A DNA stretch of 62,285 nucleotides, filler included, from Aduncisulcus paluster (Eukaryota): the NCBI GenBank assembly GCA_024181965.1. It is 5 parts of 5 records of this genome, joined end to end, with 100 filler letters (N's around TTAATTAATTAA, not from the genome) between each part and the next. Parts side by side here need not be neighbours in the genome. Positions count along the whole stretch, not along the records: positions 1 to 29,705 come from BQXS01012750.1; 4 more parts are not named here. The stretch is one strand, 5' to 3'. The first letter of the stretch is position 1. Each line of letters begins with the position of its first letter. Below, one piece after another: positions 14,301 through 24,855 of this stretch. A program made the position numbers and the translations under genes. The notes beneath the pieces were generated by a model that had not been told where the DNA came from, made no database searches, and saw nothing but the letters and a program-made list of their open reading frames with translations.

Positions 14301-15193
14301 TGATCATCATCAATTGCTTCTTCCTCTTCAGCTCCTCCTTCTTGCTCTTGTTTCCCATCCAATTGTTTCTCATCTAATTGTTTCTCATCTAATTGTTTCT
14401 CATCTGTCCCATCAATAATACTTTTTTCTTCTTCAATATCTCCCTTCTCTCTTTTAACTCCTCTCTCAATAACATTACTAACAGTATCATCGTCCAACAT
14501 TTCAATATCTTCCTCACCAATCTCTTCCATTACTCCAAGACTTTCGTCCCTAACCGACATTTCGTCTCTAACCGACATTTCGCCTCTGGCCGTACTTTCT
14601 TCCCTCATACTGAGTTCTATATCGAGAGCAGTACAGAATCCTTCCCAAGCTGCGGCGACAGTACTGCTAACTCCTGCTCCCTCAGATGCTTGTAAAATTG
14701 GCGGAACTCTGATTCCAACGAATCGGACGCCTCGAACATCACCTTCATTTCCAACCATATAATCGCTTAATCGAGAATCAATTCGACTGAGTTCTTCGAT
14801 CTCAGACGTTGAAGGGATGAAACCAGATCCAGGAATACATGATAAATGGGGAGGAAGCACGATTTCATCATTTTTGAGAATATTCTGAGTTGCAGCGGCA
14901 GTGGCTCGGACAGCAGCTTCTGAAGCTGATAAAGATGGTGGAAGAGATGAAAGGGAATCAAGAGAATGCGGAGATCGAGTTGAACTGGGTTCTTCCTTAT
15001 CAAATGAAGCATCAAGGAATGATCTTGAACTTTGGGCTGAAGATGGAGTACTAGTGGAAACAGGTGTACGATTTGAAACACGCTTGGATCCAGATGAATG
15101 CATTTGACGAAATGGAATTGTTGTAAGTGGACGCCTACTCCTTGACATTGTTTTAGCAGGCAATCTTGCCGATTTAGATTTTTCTGACTTCAT
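11372..15193 (-). CDS. Hypothetical low-complexity Ser/Glu/Lys-rich protein (1273 aa)
   Basis: Long uninterrupted ATG ORF with coiled-coil segments, poly-S runs, and repeated SSSHSSKNRT and DEKQL units. Confidence 0.7.
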   Translation of the reverse strand: MKSEKSKSARLPAKTMSRSRRPLTTIPFRQMHSSGSKRVSNRTPVSTSTPSSAQSSRSFLDASFDKEEPSSTRSPHSLDSLSSLPPSLSASEAAVRATAAATQNILKNDEIVLPPHLSCIPGSGFIPSTSEIEELSRIDSRLSDYMVGNEGDVRGVRFVGIRVPPILQASEGAGVSSTVAAAWEGFCTALDIELSMREESTARGEMSVRDEMSVRDESLGVMEEIGEEDIEMLDDDTVSNVIERGVKREKGDIEEEKSIIDGTDEKQLDEKQLDEKQLDGKQEQEGGAEEEEAIDDDHDVPVETGIAPVREATTFKATVPVQISMESIVPTDELKEKIEQRFETIDNRLESIIPDGVTEHKKPTKSSIAKPQPAKEGFVKKMLDREKKRQNDFLSHLEGLFKDDEKEEDEKIDRMVKDKELQKEKAQLKIENDEKEREKRENERIAARKKVEDAKQKILDEKRQKAQRVRQSKSRQNASSSRPNSTIPVSAGVSSSHSSKNRTIPPHSSSTNRSVVSPTIPATPSPSKQHQTSGIHPSSSSHSSKNRTTPTSTTTLRDRTPSPIIESSISPASISSVLSTSSLLSSSLFPSASSVSSLYLQDTLPVINDLPAPPTLSDSVRELWNKEKKKADRMEKMRSLTSSGSSRDGAKNGATKGNGGKKSSSHSSKNRTTKNGSATSDFDGGAVIGDRDSTQRIDTESLPSVTTSSVFAQLCSIFAPHSHDSYAMTPLERRAIEKQQKQHKNHNLSSTIVSSHRPLLRKNKKISTPSSAFSSSSSSSSSFIQSRREGRERERGLGISSLQTSSSSSSSSSSSSSSSYLHAQRCDRVRRVYETTLNNTLLSVQNSIQELSVASSALKEGDYSMLASEEELKRVLVESAANPFVLKELRQMRQMKSHVVQAKEEAEGDSPILSESPIFSSIEKESLEMSKVQGESTTVEGEEHNLPSTSLQIMTSPPPPLGPDSSHVDADDHPLSQVSKFGTPNEVVSETVNKSVSNGNDISDRLKQLYLSIKPAVMACVESGRFSDIIAEKKKDEKGEEEKGEEEGKKEEKEEERREGEGEKREMAQSIAIGYGKEHFNLSTASRGLTEKKMRRIVETDKEMDASMQAIRDMLKRGSSSSKNRSSQSHSKNGTSPSDYFNPAETVKKMKEAQSAVQTERLMVRKSQRSSIHKKPLKSSSIGVVKGTSSSSSSSSSSSPLEAAKAREIALKKYLQFTGLDLNNKDNGLKVHKRTSGSKDSEKKRSQEKSKKIQAFYGMSASSKHSSTQSQRK

Positions 15194-15760
15194 ACTTTAG
15201 AAATATTGACTCTATATATGTAATAAAATATTTATATTTAGATATATTGCAAATAACAACAATAATATATGTTATGGTAAATTCAAATGATAGCAAAATG
15301 AAAAATTGGGGGAGTTTGATTTTTATCGGCCGAATCTCAATTGCAATTCCAGTTTTTTCGACGAAAATATTAATACATTGGAAGATTAAGAATATTTTAC
15401 GCACTAAAATGCACACTTATGTTTAGTTAGCATGCCTGCGATTTATTTGGTTAAATTCATAACTAAAATTCTAATTTAATATTTCTATACACTATATTAT
15501 ATTTGAAACAAACATAACAGTTGGTTATTTCAAATAAAAATAAATAGATAAGCCAGGAAGACAAGAAAGAATTATATGATTATTCCTTGGACTATTTCTA
15601 ATAGAAATGATGATTATAGCCATTACTTTTTCATTTTCAGCGATTAATTTGGATTTTAGATTGGTTGATTATACAATCCAGACATTACCAATTACCCTAT
15701 TTTTAGATTGATAGATTGAGCTCCAAGTTTTCCCTTCTGTAGCACTCTTGATTGAAGAAA

Positions 15761-16186
15761 ATGGATCGTACTGCTGACAAAATTCAGAAACTTGGACTTA
15801 TCCCCGTTAAAGACTGTGAGCGTGTCCTTATCAAACAACAGACTTACGCTTTCTCCATTGCCGAGCCTTCCGTTTTCTACAACCCTCGTACTAAGAGTTA
15901 CGTGATTGTCGGAAAGATCGAGAACCAAGATGCTGCCAAGGAAGCTGCTTCTCACATTGACCAGACTGAGATTGCCGATGTTGCCAAATCTGCTGCTTCT
16001 GCCCCTGCTCCCACTGAGGAGTCCAAGGTTGAGGAGGAAGTTGAGATCAACGAATCTGATATTGAGCTCTTGATGGAGCAGGCTCCTGAAGACATGACCA
16101 AGGATAAAGTTATCGAGCTCTTCAAGGAGAACGATTGTGATGTTGTTACAACCCTTATGAAACTCCAAGAGTTGAAGGGAGAGTAA
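15761..16186 (+). CDS. NACA: Nascent polypeptide-associated complex alpha subunit
   Basis: NAC domain (KLGL.PV..ERVLIK..AFSIAEPSVF..SYVIVG) plus a UBA-like C-terminus (INESDIELLMEQA..ENDCDVV). Strong codon bias. Confidence 0.85.
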   Translation: MDRTADKIQKLGLIPVKDCERVLIKQQTYAFSIAEPSVFYNPRTKSYVIVGKIENQDAAKEAASHIDQTEIADVAKSAASAPAPTEESKVEEEVEINESDIELLMEQAPEDMTKDKVIELFKENDCDVVTTLMKLQELKGE

Positions 16187-16441
16187 AATACCTTTCGTTA
16201 ATAATTTATTCTGCCCTTTACTTGATTATTCTTGATTGCACCAAAAATTACTTTTGTATGTTGTTAGTTCGTTGAGTAATCGAATTTTGGGGAGCAAAAA
16301 ATATGTTTAAATCCCATAAAAATAAATTTTTGACCAATAAAATAGTGACAATACAGTGACAATGTTCCTTCCTCATCGAACACCGTAAATATAGTGTTTT
16401 CTTTCGTCTTTCATAAATATTTATCTTTAATTATCAATATC

Positions 16442-19400
16442 ATGTCAATTCCTAGGATAAATTCTTCCTTTTTCTTTCGTTTTGATGATTCTACATCTCA
16501 TGCAACCGTTGGAAAATTCATTTCGAATGGATCAATAAGTTTGTCAGGAATTGCATATGTTGCTACAGGTGGAAAAGTTATTGTTCATTCACCTAAAGCT
16601 CCTCCAGAATTGGCTCAGCTAGAAATTCCAACAGATCGTCACGTTTTAGCCATATGTGCCATTCCAAAAAGTTTTGACCAAGATGAAGACTCATCATCGG
16701 AAGATAGTAGCGATATGGAAGAGTCCTCAACTAAAAAACATTCTCCAAATCAAGATTTATTATTAATAGCAACAGAAAACTCTGTAAGAGCCTATAATGT
16801 AAGTGATAGATGTGATGTATTCACAATTGATATTCCAGATGGGATTTCAACGATATTTACTCCATCTATTGAAGATATTTCGACTGTTTCCGACCCCCAA
16901 TCTTTCCCTTCATTTTTTATTGGTGGAAATTGTAGTGTTCAAGGCTTTTCAAATTCAGGTGAGCAACTAACATGGTCTGTCACATCTGATACTGTTACAG
17001 CACTCACTGTTGGCTATTGGATGCATCATGAATCACCCCTTGTTATTGCCGCAGCCTCTGATGGAACTTTGAGAGCTTTTTCCGGTCCTTCGATCAAAGT
17101 TGAGGTATTATTATCATCTCCAGCCCGTTATTTATGTCCTGTTACCATCAAAGATCTTGAGTCGCATTCCGATGATTCTTTGATGCATTGTGTCGGTTTT
17201 TCCCTTACTAGTGGTGTATTTGGTGTACATTCTGGCGATAAACAAGTATGGTCCCGTGAAGAAGGGCGTCAGATATCCTCTTTGTGCAGTGTTGATATCA
17301 AAGTCGGTCTTCAAACCTTATGCGCCCTGGCCGTTGGATATGTTGATGGAAATGTCTCCTTTTATTCATCTATTGATGGAACTCCCTTGTTTACATCCAA
17401 ACTTCCCTCTTCCCCGGTCTTTATGCGTGTAACAGTTCTCGATAGCCCAGATTCAACGACCTCCAAGGAATCTGAGGATCAAATCCCTTCAAATCTACCG
17501 TCTGAGCCTCAACTCATATGTGTATGCGACGGTGGATATGTCTGTGGTCTTCGTCCACGGCCGTTGAGTGCCGTCGAAGGCGGTGGGTACGTTCTGTCCG
17601 ATGATTCTCAAGCCAAATGGGGAAGTGAGGGGAAAAGTGATTCCAAACGGCGTAAAGGAGCGTGGAGTGGCGATGAAGAAAAAGAAGAAGATGATTTATT
17701 ACCACGTGCAAGTCATCAACCCCTTGTGCCTCCTTCTTTGCTCCATTCATTATCTTCCTTACGTTCTACAGCCCTACAACTAGAGTCAGAGATAAGAAGT
17801 GCCAATGTGAGCATTGTCAAAGTCAAGGAAACCCTGAAAGAAACTGTCAAGAAGGGTGGGAAAGAGGAAGAAGCCATCCAATTCGCAGCAAACCAAGCAA
17901 GACAGTCAGGTGTGCATGGAGTCTCTGTTAGCATCGGTTCAGCTTATGGTCTTCATATCGACGAATTCATTCGTGACCGTGTAACCGTTGAGTCCTTTGG
18001 AATCCCCAGTGTCGAGGGAGTTGTCGTTAAAGTGAGTGTCCGAGATGAGAAGAATACTGGTGTTTGTGTTGTTGGAGCCAGTGTATATTCCTCTACCGTG
18101 TCATTCACACAGCCGGATGTCTGTAACTCTGACCTAACTTCCGCACTTTATTCAATCTCATCGCCTGGTGGTGGCAGTGAGGTGATGAGTGGACTTTTGT
18201 CTCGCCAACATAAGACGATTGTCTCCTTTTCTCGACAACAAGAGAGCTCTGACTCTTTTGAAGCCATGGATACATCAGATATGTTAACAACAAGTGGAAG
18301 CGGTGTTTCATCCTTTTCTACGTCTGCACTCAAATTGCCCTCCATTGATCTGAAAGGTCTTTTCTCTTCAGATCCTGCTCTCTTACACTCTCTCACACTC
18401 GCCTGTGGAGAAAGTATTCAGGATAAGAATGACATTGCGCCTTCCTTAACCCCTTCAATGGGCGCAAAGCATCTATTATTAGATGGGGAAGAGGAAAAAG
18501 ATGCATTAGACGATAAAGAGGAGGAGAACCATTACTCGGACTATTCTTGGGGAGGTGAGAAACTTACATCCGATAGGCCAACCTCTGTTACCTTTGGTGG
18601 ACATTCTTACCGGTTGACACCGTCTCTAGCCGACAGTTCCTCTCGTTCATGTCTCTCTGTTGTCCAGGGCGGAGAGAAGACCGTGAGAGGCGATAGACGC
18701 GGTGACTGTGTTTTCTTTGTGATTTTCCCCTCCTTGAGTTCAACACCCCTTGATGAAAAATCTACTATTACTCACACAGATGTTGATCTTACGTTGCTTC
18801 TTGGAGAGACCGAGATGGATTCACACCCATTATCTGTAAGGACCACACTGTCCATTCCGCTATTGCCGTATCTTGTTCCGATCAAGGTAGATTCCCCCAC
18901 TGCTCCTGCCAGTGCCACCACAGCTAAATTGAGTTATCCTCTTCCTTCTTCCTTCCTTCATATGACTGGACATGCACTGGGAAGCCGCTTTATTGCGATG
19001 ATCCAAAAACACTCAATTGAAACTCTTTCTCACTCTTTCACGACATTATACGAGGAAAAACAACAAAAGAAGTTCAGTGTCGATTCCATTGATGACGATG
19101 TAATCAGAGTAATATTTTATGATTCTCTCCACCCATCTCAACGTCCATCTGCCTCAATCTCTGAGATATCTTCAAAGAATCGCTTATGTGTGGTTGATAT
19201 CGCTCATAGTTCTCTGAGTATTTTCTCAGACAATCTGCACACCATTCAGTTCATTTCCTCCCTTGTAAAGAGCAGGAAAGACGTGGATGGTGTTATCGAA
19301 GGTAAATTGAACTTGGGATCGAAAATATCTAAAAATATCACTTCAATTCTCTCAAATGCGCGCGAATTGAGTGTGACTCGTAAACGACTTCATGTTGAGG

Positions 19401-19717
19401 CCGCAGAACAAATGATTGCCGTGAAAGCTGCTGTCATTGCGCTTGAAAATGCCAGATTGTTGGAATATCCCTCAGAGATGACACAAGCGCTTCACCAACT
19501 TGAAATGGCTAATGGTATGTTGGTCGCAACTCATAACAAACGAACAGCCAATCAGAGAGAATTGAAAGGATTTCTTCAGCAAGTCAATTGGTTGCTTCAG
19601 TTGATCACTGCAGTCAGAGAACACGATGCCATCCAAGCATGTGTGCTCAAGGCAAGAAAATCGTTTAATAAGGGAGATGATAAGGCATTCTTGGATGCTC
19701 TCAGATATGGAAGATGA
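16442..19717 (+). CDS. BBS2: BBSome subunit BBS2, with long low-complexity insertions
   Basis: The N-terminal propeller motifs (TVGKF, ATGGKVIVHSP, DLLLIATENSVRAYNV, IGGNCSVQGF..G..LTWSVTSDTV) and the C-terminal helices (LENARLL..NKRTANQRELKGFLQQVN) parallel BBS2. Confidence 0.85.
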   Translation: MSIPRINSSFFFRFDDSTSHATVGKFISNGSISLSGIAYVATGGKVIVHSPKAPPELAQLEIPTDRHVLAICAIPKSFDQDEDSSSEDSSDMEESSTKKHSPNQDLLLIATENSVRAYNVSDRCDVFTIDIPDGISTIFTPSIEDISTVSDPQSFPSFFIGGNCSVQGFSNSGEQLTWSVTSDTVTALTVGYWMHHESPLVIAAASDGTLRAFSGPSIKVEVLLSSPARYLCPVTIKDLESHSDDSLMHCVGFSLTSGVFGVHSGDKQVWSREEGRQISSLCSVDIKVGLQTLCALAVGYVDGNVSFYSSIDGTPLFTSKLPSSPVFMRVTVLDSPDSTTSKESEDQIPSNLPSEPQLICVCDGGYVCGLRPRPLSAVEGGGYVLSDDSQAKWGSEGKSDSKRRKGAWSGDEEKEEDDLLPRASHQPLVPPSLLHSLSSLRSTALQLESEIRSANVSIVKVKETLKETVKKGGKEEEAIQFAANQARQSGVHGVSVSIGSAYGLHIDEFIRDRVTVESFGIPSVEGVVVKVSVRDEKNTGVCVVGASVYSSTVSFTQPDVCNSDLTSALYSISSPGGGSEVMSGLLSRQHKTIVSFSRQQESSDSFEAMDTSDMLTTSGSGVSSFSTSALKLPSIDLKGLFSSDPALLHSLTLACGESIQDKNDIAPSLTPSMGAKHLLLDGEEEKDALDDKEEENHYSDYSWGGEKLTSDRPTSVTFGGHSYRLTPSLADSSSRSCLSVVQGGEKTVRGDRRGDCVFFVIFPSLSSTPLDEKSTITHTDVDLTLLLGETEMDSHPLSVRTTLSIPLLPYLVPIKVDSPTAPASATTAKLSYPLPSSFLHMTGHALGSRFIAMIQKHSIETLSHSFTTLYEEKQQKKFSVDSIDDDVIRVIFYDSLHPSQRPSASISEISSKNRLCVVDIAHSSLSIFSDNLHTIQFISSLVKSRKDVDGVIEGKLNLGSKISKNITSILSNARELSVTRKRLHVEAAEQMIAVKAAVIALENARLLEYPSEMTQALHQLEMANGMLVATHNKRTANQRELKGFLQQVNWLLQLITAVREHDAIQACVLKARKSFNKGDDKAFLDALRYGR

Positions 19718-20518
19718 AAAACTATTGTTCTATTTATAGATTTAGTTTCTCACTATAGTTTTTTTTTTGTATATTGTATTTATGATATATATATATATAT
19801 ATATAAATTTTCACTATAATACTGTGACTAGATCTATAATTAAAATATCTTACGGAATCAGTTTATTACCAACCTGGTATATTGTTATTACCTGGCATAT
19901 TGTGATCCCATTGACGTCAAGTCATGAAAACTTTATACTGTACTAAACTTTTCAAGTTGTTGTTCTTCTCTCAACTGAACGGTGTTTTTTGTTGTCTTAC
20001 ATTGGCAGATATAAGATTAAGCAACGAGAGAAACTCTTCTATTTTGGCAACTATTCTCAGTGCTTTGATTCTTTGCACCACCAAGCAATCTTACATGACT
20101 TTTTCTGCGATTTAACTATATGTTATAAAAAAAATGAGCACGAAGATTGTACAATACAGTATAAAGTATAGTATTGTATAGGAATGAATTAGTTCTGTTT
20201 CTTCTCAACATCTGTCAACGGTTGACAGTCAACCTTAGCTTGTAATTGAGCAATATGTGCAAGAATAATGCCAATATGTTGTGGTGCAAAGAAGATTACT
20301 GTACTATACTTTATGATCAATATATTTCCAACATTTCCTCCTTTTTATCTGCTTCTATTCTCCCAAATCTTCTTCCTTCTGTTCCAATGGTTTCATTTAA
20401 CATCGTAAGAAATAAATCCAAAATTATAACATTTTTTTTCCACTATTGTCATCTATATGGTCGTAATAATGTCTTGAAGAATTGGTATGATGAAATCACC
20501 CTTTTCTCTGGGAAATTA

Positions 20519-21370
20519 ATGTCATTTTATAAAAAACTTCAATCAAATATAACTAAATATATTGATCTATATGATTCTTGCAGCGATTTACTTAGTACTG
20601 CATGTAGAACCTTGAGAATTGTGAAAGAACAAGAATCACTTCTTTCTTCAATTTGTCTTGAGGATGGTACAATTTTAAACAGATCAAAATATACTAAAAC
20701 ATATGAAGTTATTGGAAAATCTGCAATGAGAGTTGAATTAATTATATTTTCTCTGTCTCAGAAGTTTTCAGACATTTCTTCAATTGTGAATGAAATTAAA
20801 CGTTCTGTTCGAAATTATTTTGTTTCACTTAATAATCCAAAGGAAGAGATTCTTCTTTCTTCTCCTCAACCTTCTCAATCTTCTTTAACATCTCCCACAT
20901 TTTCTTCGGCTATTTCTGTAAATCCTATAAGTCCTGTCATGCCATCTTCTTTATCTGATATGATTGACCAATTGTCGATAACTCCAGATTCTCATAAATC
21001 ACCTAAGAAATCTGGAAAGAAGAAGAAAGGCAAGAAAGGTAAACATGCTTTGAAACAATCTCAATCTATCATTGAAACACGCGATAAAAAAACCATGGAA
21101 GGTAGAAGAATGGATATATCATCACCTAGTCTAACTAAACCAGATATTCTCGAATTTGATTCAATCGATTCAATTTATTTCAAAGCAGCCGTCAATGTGA
21201 GTTCCCAATGTTTATATGCCACAGCAACAATCGAATCAATCATTAAAAATCTTTCTCTCACATGCTCAATGTCTCAATTATCTGAAATGGAACATTCCGT
21301 TGAAAGTCTGGAGGAATTATCTTTAAATTATGCAATTTGCGACGATATTGATTTTATTATGTGTAAATAA
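20519..21370 (+). CDS. Hypothetical protein
   Basis: ORF 20246..21370. Composition looks coding from the ATG at 20519; contains a basic patch KKSGKKKKGKKGK. Confidence 0.55.
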   Translation: MSFYKKLQSNITKYIDLYDSCSDLLSTACRTLRIVKEQESLLSSICLEDGTILNRSKYTKTYEVIGKSAMRVELIIFSLSQKFSDISSIVNEIKRSVRNYFVSLNNPKEEILLSSPQPSQSSLTSPTFSSAISVNPISPVMPSSLSDMIDQLSITPDSHKSPKKSGKKKKGKKGKHALKQSQSIIETRDKKTMEGRRMDISSPSLTKPDILEFDSIDSIYFKAAVNVSSQCLYATATIESIIKNLSLTCSMSQLSEMEHSVESLEELSLNYAICDDIDFIMCK

Positions 21371-21714
21371 GCTTTTTAATTATCAGTTAGATTTTTCAAT
21401 CGTTCAAATAGGATTGTACCTCAATTTGAGTGTATCTCTTTACTTGATATTGAAAAGGTAATAATATGGAAATATTATTATTAACGATCCCATTGATTTC
21501 ATAAATGCAACATTAATATCCATATTATCTCTTTGATCATCTTGACAATCTGCTCTCCTTCGTATCTCCATTCTTTCGGAGTAAAATTTTGTTTTAATAT
21601 ATATTATTGCTTCAACCCACCAAATAACTTCATATTTTTATCGAAATATATAAACAACTGACTTTACCATTTTTTACAAACCACTTTTTTTTTTTCTCTC
21701 CGTACTCACAAAAA

Positions 21715-24700
21715 ATGCCGTCAACCGCAATTAAAGTATGTGTTCGTGTTCGTCCATTTGCTAATTTGGCCCGTGAAAAGGGACAAAGTAGGATTATCGA
21801 CATGGATACCGATAATGGGAGATGTTACATCACTAATCCCAAGGATGACAAACAAAGATCCTTCGATTTTGACCGAGTTTTCTGGAGTTTTGACAAAGAT
21901 ACGTATAAATTTGCCGATCAAATTGATATTTTCAACTTTTTGGGTAAAGACATGCTTGAACAAGGTTTAAAGTGTATGAATTACACAATTCTTTCCTATG
22001 GTCAAACTGGAAGTGGTAAATCATATTCAATCACCGGTGGTGAATCCAATCCTGGTGTTGTTGTGCGTGTTGCCGAGGAGCTTTTCAAAATTATTGCCAA
22101 TCCACCTGAAGACAAAAAGAATGTTAAATTTAGTGTTCAAACTTCTTATTTAGAGATCTACAATGAAGAAGTTAGGGATTTGTTAAAGCCCAAATCTGAA
22201 CCTTGCACTGTTCGTCTCGTTCCCAAAACCGTCCATCCTGCCGGTGTGATTATTGAAGGTCTTGACAAGATGGATGTCGAATCCTTTGCTGAAATGTCTG
22301 AGCTTTTGTACGAAGGTCTTGAACGTCGTGTTGTTGCCGCTACTGCTTGTAACAAGACTTCCAGTAGATCTCACTCCATCTTCACCATTTACTTCACCCA
22401 ATCCGAGGCTCGTGACCCCGCCATGATTGGTGCCATCAACAAAATTGCTGATGCTACTGTCCGTGACAAGAAAATGAAGGCTTATCTTGAAGGTCTTGAA
22501 GCCACATGTCAGCTCCACCTTGTCGATCTTGCCGGTTCCGAGCGTGTCGGTGAGACCGGAGTTACCGGTCAGAACCTCAAAGAAGCCTGTGCCATCAACA
22601 CATCCTTGTCAGCTCTTGGTCGTGTGATCAGCACTCTGGCCAAGAAATGTGGAGAGAATGCCTCCAAATATAAGCACATCCGTATTCCTTACCGTGACTC
22701 TGTTCTCACCCAGATTCTCAGCAACTCCCTTGGTGGTAACGCTATGACTTCCCTTCTTGGTGCCTTGTCTCCTGCAGATGTGAACTATGAAGAGACTTTG
22801 AGTACTCTTCGTTACTGTGACGCTGCCAAGAAAATCAAGAACAAGACTGTTCCCATGGGTAATCCCGATAAGATTCTCATCAAACAGCTCCAAGAACAAG
22901 TCGCCAAGCTCGAGGCCCAGCTCAAGCAAGGCGATGGAACCATGTCCGAGGACGATCGTGCGAAGATGGAACAGGAGTACAAAGACCAACTTGAAAAACA
23001 ACGTAAGGAGTTCGAGGATGAGCTTATGGCCCAGAGAGAGAAAGTTGTTGCCGGGCAAAAGATGTTCGTAAAGACTCCACCTCCCGAACCTCACCTTCTC
23101 AACTTGAACAAGGATGATCTCATGAGCGAATCTGTTGTCTATTCCATCGACGAGGACATTGATCTTGTGTTCGGTTCTGACAAGGAATATAGCATGGACT
23201 CAAAGGTCGAGGCTGCCGGTGGAATGAAAACCATCCAACTTCTCGGTGCCGGTATCATGCCCAAACATGCCGTTTTGAGCCGTAAAGCTCTCACCGAAGA
23301 AGAACTCGAGCAATGGAAAGAATACTTTAAGGGTCTCGATGAAGCCAAAGCTGAAGATATGGAGGCCGACGAAGAATCTCCAAATCCTCTTCTCCTCGTT
23401 TCCATGCCTATTTCTGCCAATGCCATCATTATTCAACCCCAACCAGACTGTGAAGTCACTGTCAATGGAAAGGTTGTTGATCTGAGTGCTAACCCCATCC
23501 TTGAGAACGGTCTTGTTTTGCGTCACAATGACCGTGTTGTAATTGGTGTGAACACTTACTTCAAGTTTGTTGACAAGCTCATGGAGGAAGAATATGTGAA
23601 GGGTGTCCAAGAAGCTGGTTTCGATAACTTTAAATGTCCTCACATTACCTATGACGAGGCTGAACGTGAACTTGTCTGGGCGGACGATGATGCCGAGGAG
23701 GATGAACCTGATGCCCAAGAACAATTGATGATGGTTCTTCCGATGATCAAGGAAGCTAAGGTCCTTTGCAAACAACTCAAGCGTCCAGAGTTTGTATTCT
23801 CCACTAGTATCGTTCTTGAAGCCGATGGAGACGGTCTTGACCTGGAGATGAAGATGACCAACACCAAGGACGATATTTCCATGACATTGACCGTCGCTGA
23901 GTTCGAAGAGCGTGTAATGGAGATGCGTGAACTCCTGAGACGCCGTCAGCTCGCAGGAAGTGAAGATGTCCCTGTCAACATTGAAGATGATCCTTTCTTC
24001 ATGTCTTGTCTCCATGAAGCCATTGGGACTGTGCACGTGAACACTGACGATGTGTTAAAAGCTAAGTTTGTTGCCGATGATATGGTAATGAAGGCTGCGA
24101 AGAAGGACAGCCCCGAGACTGTTGGAAAAATTAGCATGTCAATCGTTGGTTATAACCCCGAGTTGCTTCCTGATGAGCTTAAGACTGAGTTGTCAGAAGC
24201 TCTTGCCAAGATGAAGGCAGATGGTGTCGATGATGACAATGACGCTCTCGATGGCGAAGAAAATGGTTTCGTTGGTTTCCACAATGACACTGATGACATT
24301 ACCGTTGAGATTGTTGAGAAACTTGATAAATTTGGACCTGAGATGATTGCCAATCCTGAGTTTATGAAAGCAGGTGGAAAGATGGATATTATCGTATATG
24401 TTAGTCAATGCCACGACCTTCCACATGCTTTGTCTGACGACGTTTATGTCCGTGTTGAGGTCGGCCGTCTCATTGGTTTAACTCATTACCACGCCGAACC
24501 ATCCGCCGATCCTTCCTTCAAATTCCCAATGTTGTTTAGGTTCAATGATCTCTCTGAGGAAATTATTGCCGATATCAAGCGTGGAATCAAGGTTATTGTT
24601 TACGGTGCCCCACCTGTTGATAAGGAAATGAAGATTCTTTTGAAAAAACAGGAAGATGAGAGGAAAAAGGAAATGGAAGAGCAGAAAAAGAAGGATCAAG

Positions 24701-24855
24701 AAGAGGAGAAGAAGAGATTGGAAGAAGATAAGAAGCTCCAGAAAGAAGGAGAAGAGGAGGAGGAGGAGGAAGAAGAGGGAGAAAAAGACAAGAAGATTGA
24801 ATTGGAAGAAGCTGAAACAAGCAAGGAAAGTGGATGTAAATGTTCCATTGTGTGA
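21715..24855 (+). CDS. Kinesin-3 family motor (motor, coiled coil, FHA, C2-like region) ending in a CaaX motif
   Basis: GQTGSGKS P-loop, NKTSSRSH switch I, LVDLAGSER switch II and IPYRDSVLT. PHLLNLNKD..LRHNDRVVIG is the FHA region typical of kinesin-3. The protein ends ..GCKCSIV. Confidence 0.92.
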   Translation: MPSTAIKVCVRVRPFANLAREKGQSRIIDMDTDNGRCYITNPKDDKQRSFDFDRVFWSFDKDTYKFADQIDIFNFLGKDMLEQGLKCMNYTILSYGQTGSGKSYSITGGESNPGVVVRVAEELFKIIANPPEDKKNVKFSVQTSYLEIYNEEVRDLLKPKSEPCTVRLVPKTVHPAGVIIEGLDKMDVESFAEMSELLYEGLERRVVAATACNKTSSRSHSIFTIYFTQSEARDPAMIGAINKIADATVRDKKMKAYLEGLEATCQLHLVDLAGSERVGETGVTGQNLKEACAINTSLSALGRVISTLAKKCGENASKYKHIRIPYRDSVLTQILSNSLGGNAMTSLLGALSPADVNYEETLSTLRYCDAAKKIKNKTVPMGNPDKILIKQLQEQVAKLEAQLKQGDGTMSEDDRAKMEQEYKDQLEKQRKEFEDELMAQREKVVAGQKMFVKTPPPEPHLLNLNKDDLMSESVVYSIDEDIDLVFGSDKEYSMDSKVEAAGGMKTIQLLGAGIMPKHAVLSRKALTEEELEQWKEYFKGLDEAKAEDMEADEESPNPLLLVSMPISANAIIIQPQPDCEVTVNGKVVDLSANPILENGLVLRHNDRVVIGVNTYFKFVDKLMEEEYVKGVQEAGFDNFKCPHITYDEAERELVWADDDAEEDEPDAQEQLMMVLPMIKEAKVLCKQLKRPEFVFSTSIVLEADGDGLDLEMKMTNTKDDISMTLTVAEFEERVMEMRELLRRRQLAGSEDVPVNIEDDPFFMSCLHEAIGTVHVNTDDVLKAKFVADDMVMKAAKKDSPETVGKISMSIVGYNPELLPDELKTELSEALAKMKADGVDDDNDALDGEENGFVGFHNDTDDITVEIVEKLDKFGPEMIANPEFMKAGGKMDIIVYVSQCHDLPHALSDDVYVRVEVGRLIGLTHYHAEPSADPSFKFPMLFRFNDLSEEIIADIKRGIKVIVYGAPPVDKEMKILLKKQEDERKKEMEEQKKKDQEEEKKRLEEDKKLQKEGEEEEEEEEEGEKDKKIELEEAETSKESGCKCSIV

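Noticed and set aside
19786..19805. (TA)n runs here and at ~49773-49791
   Set aside because: Ordinary microsatellites downstream of stop codons
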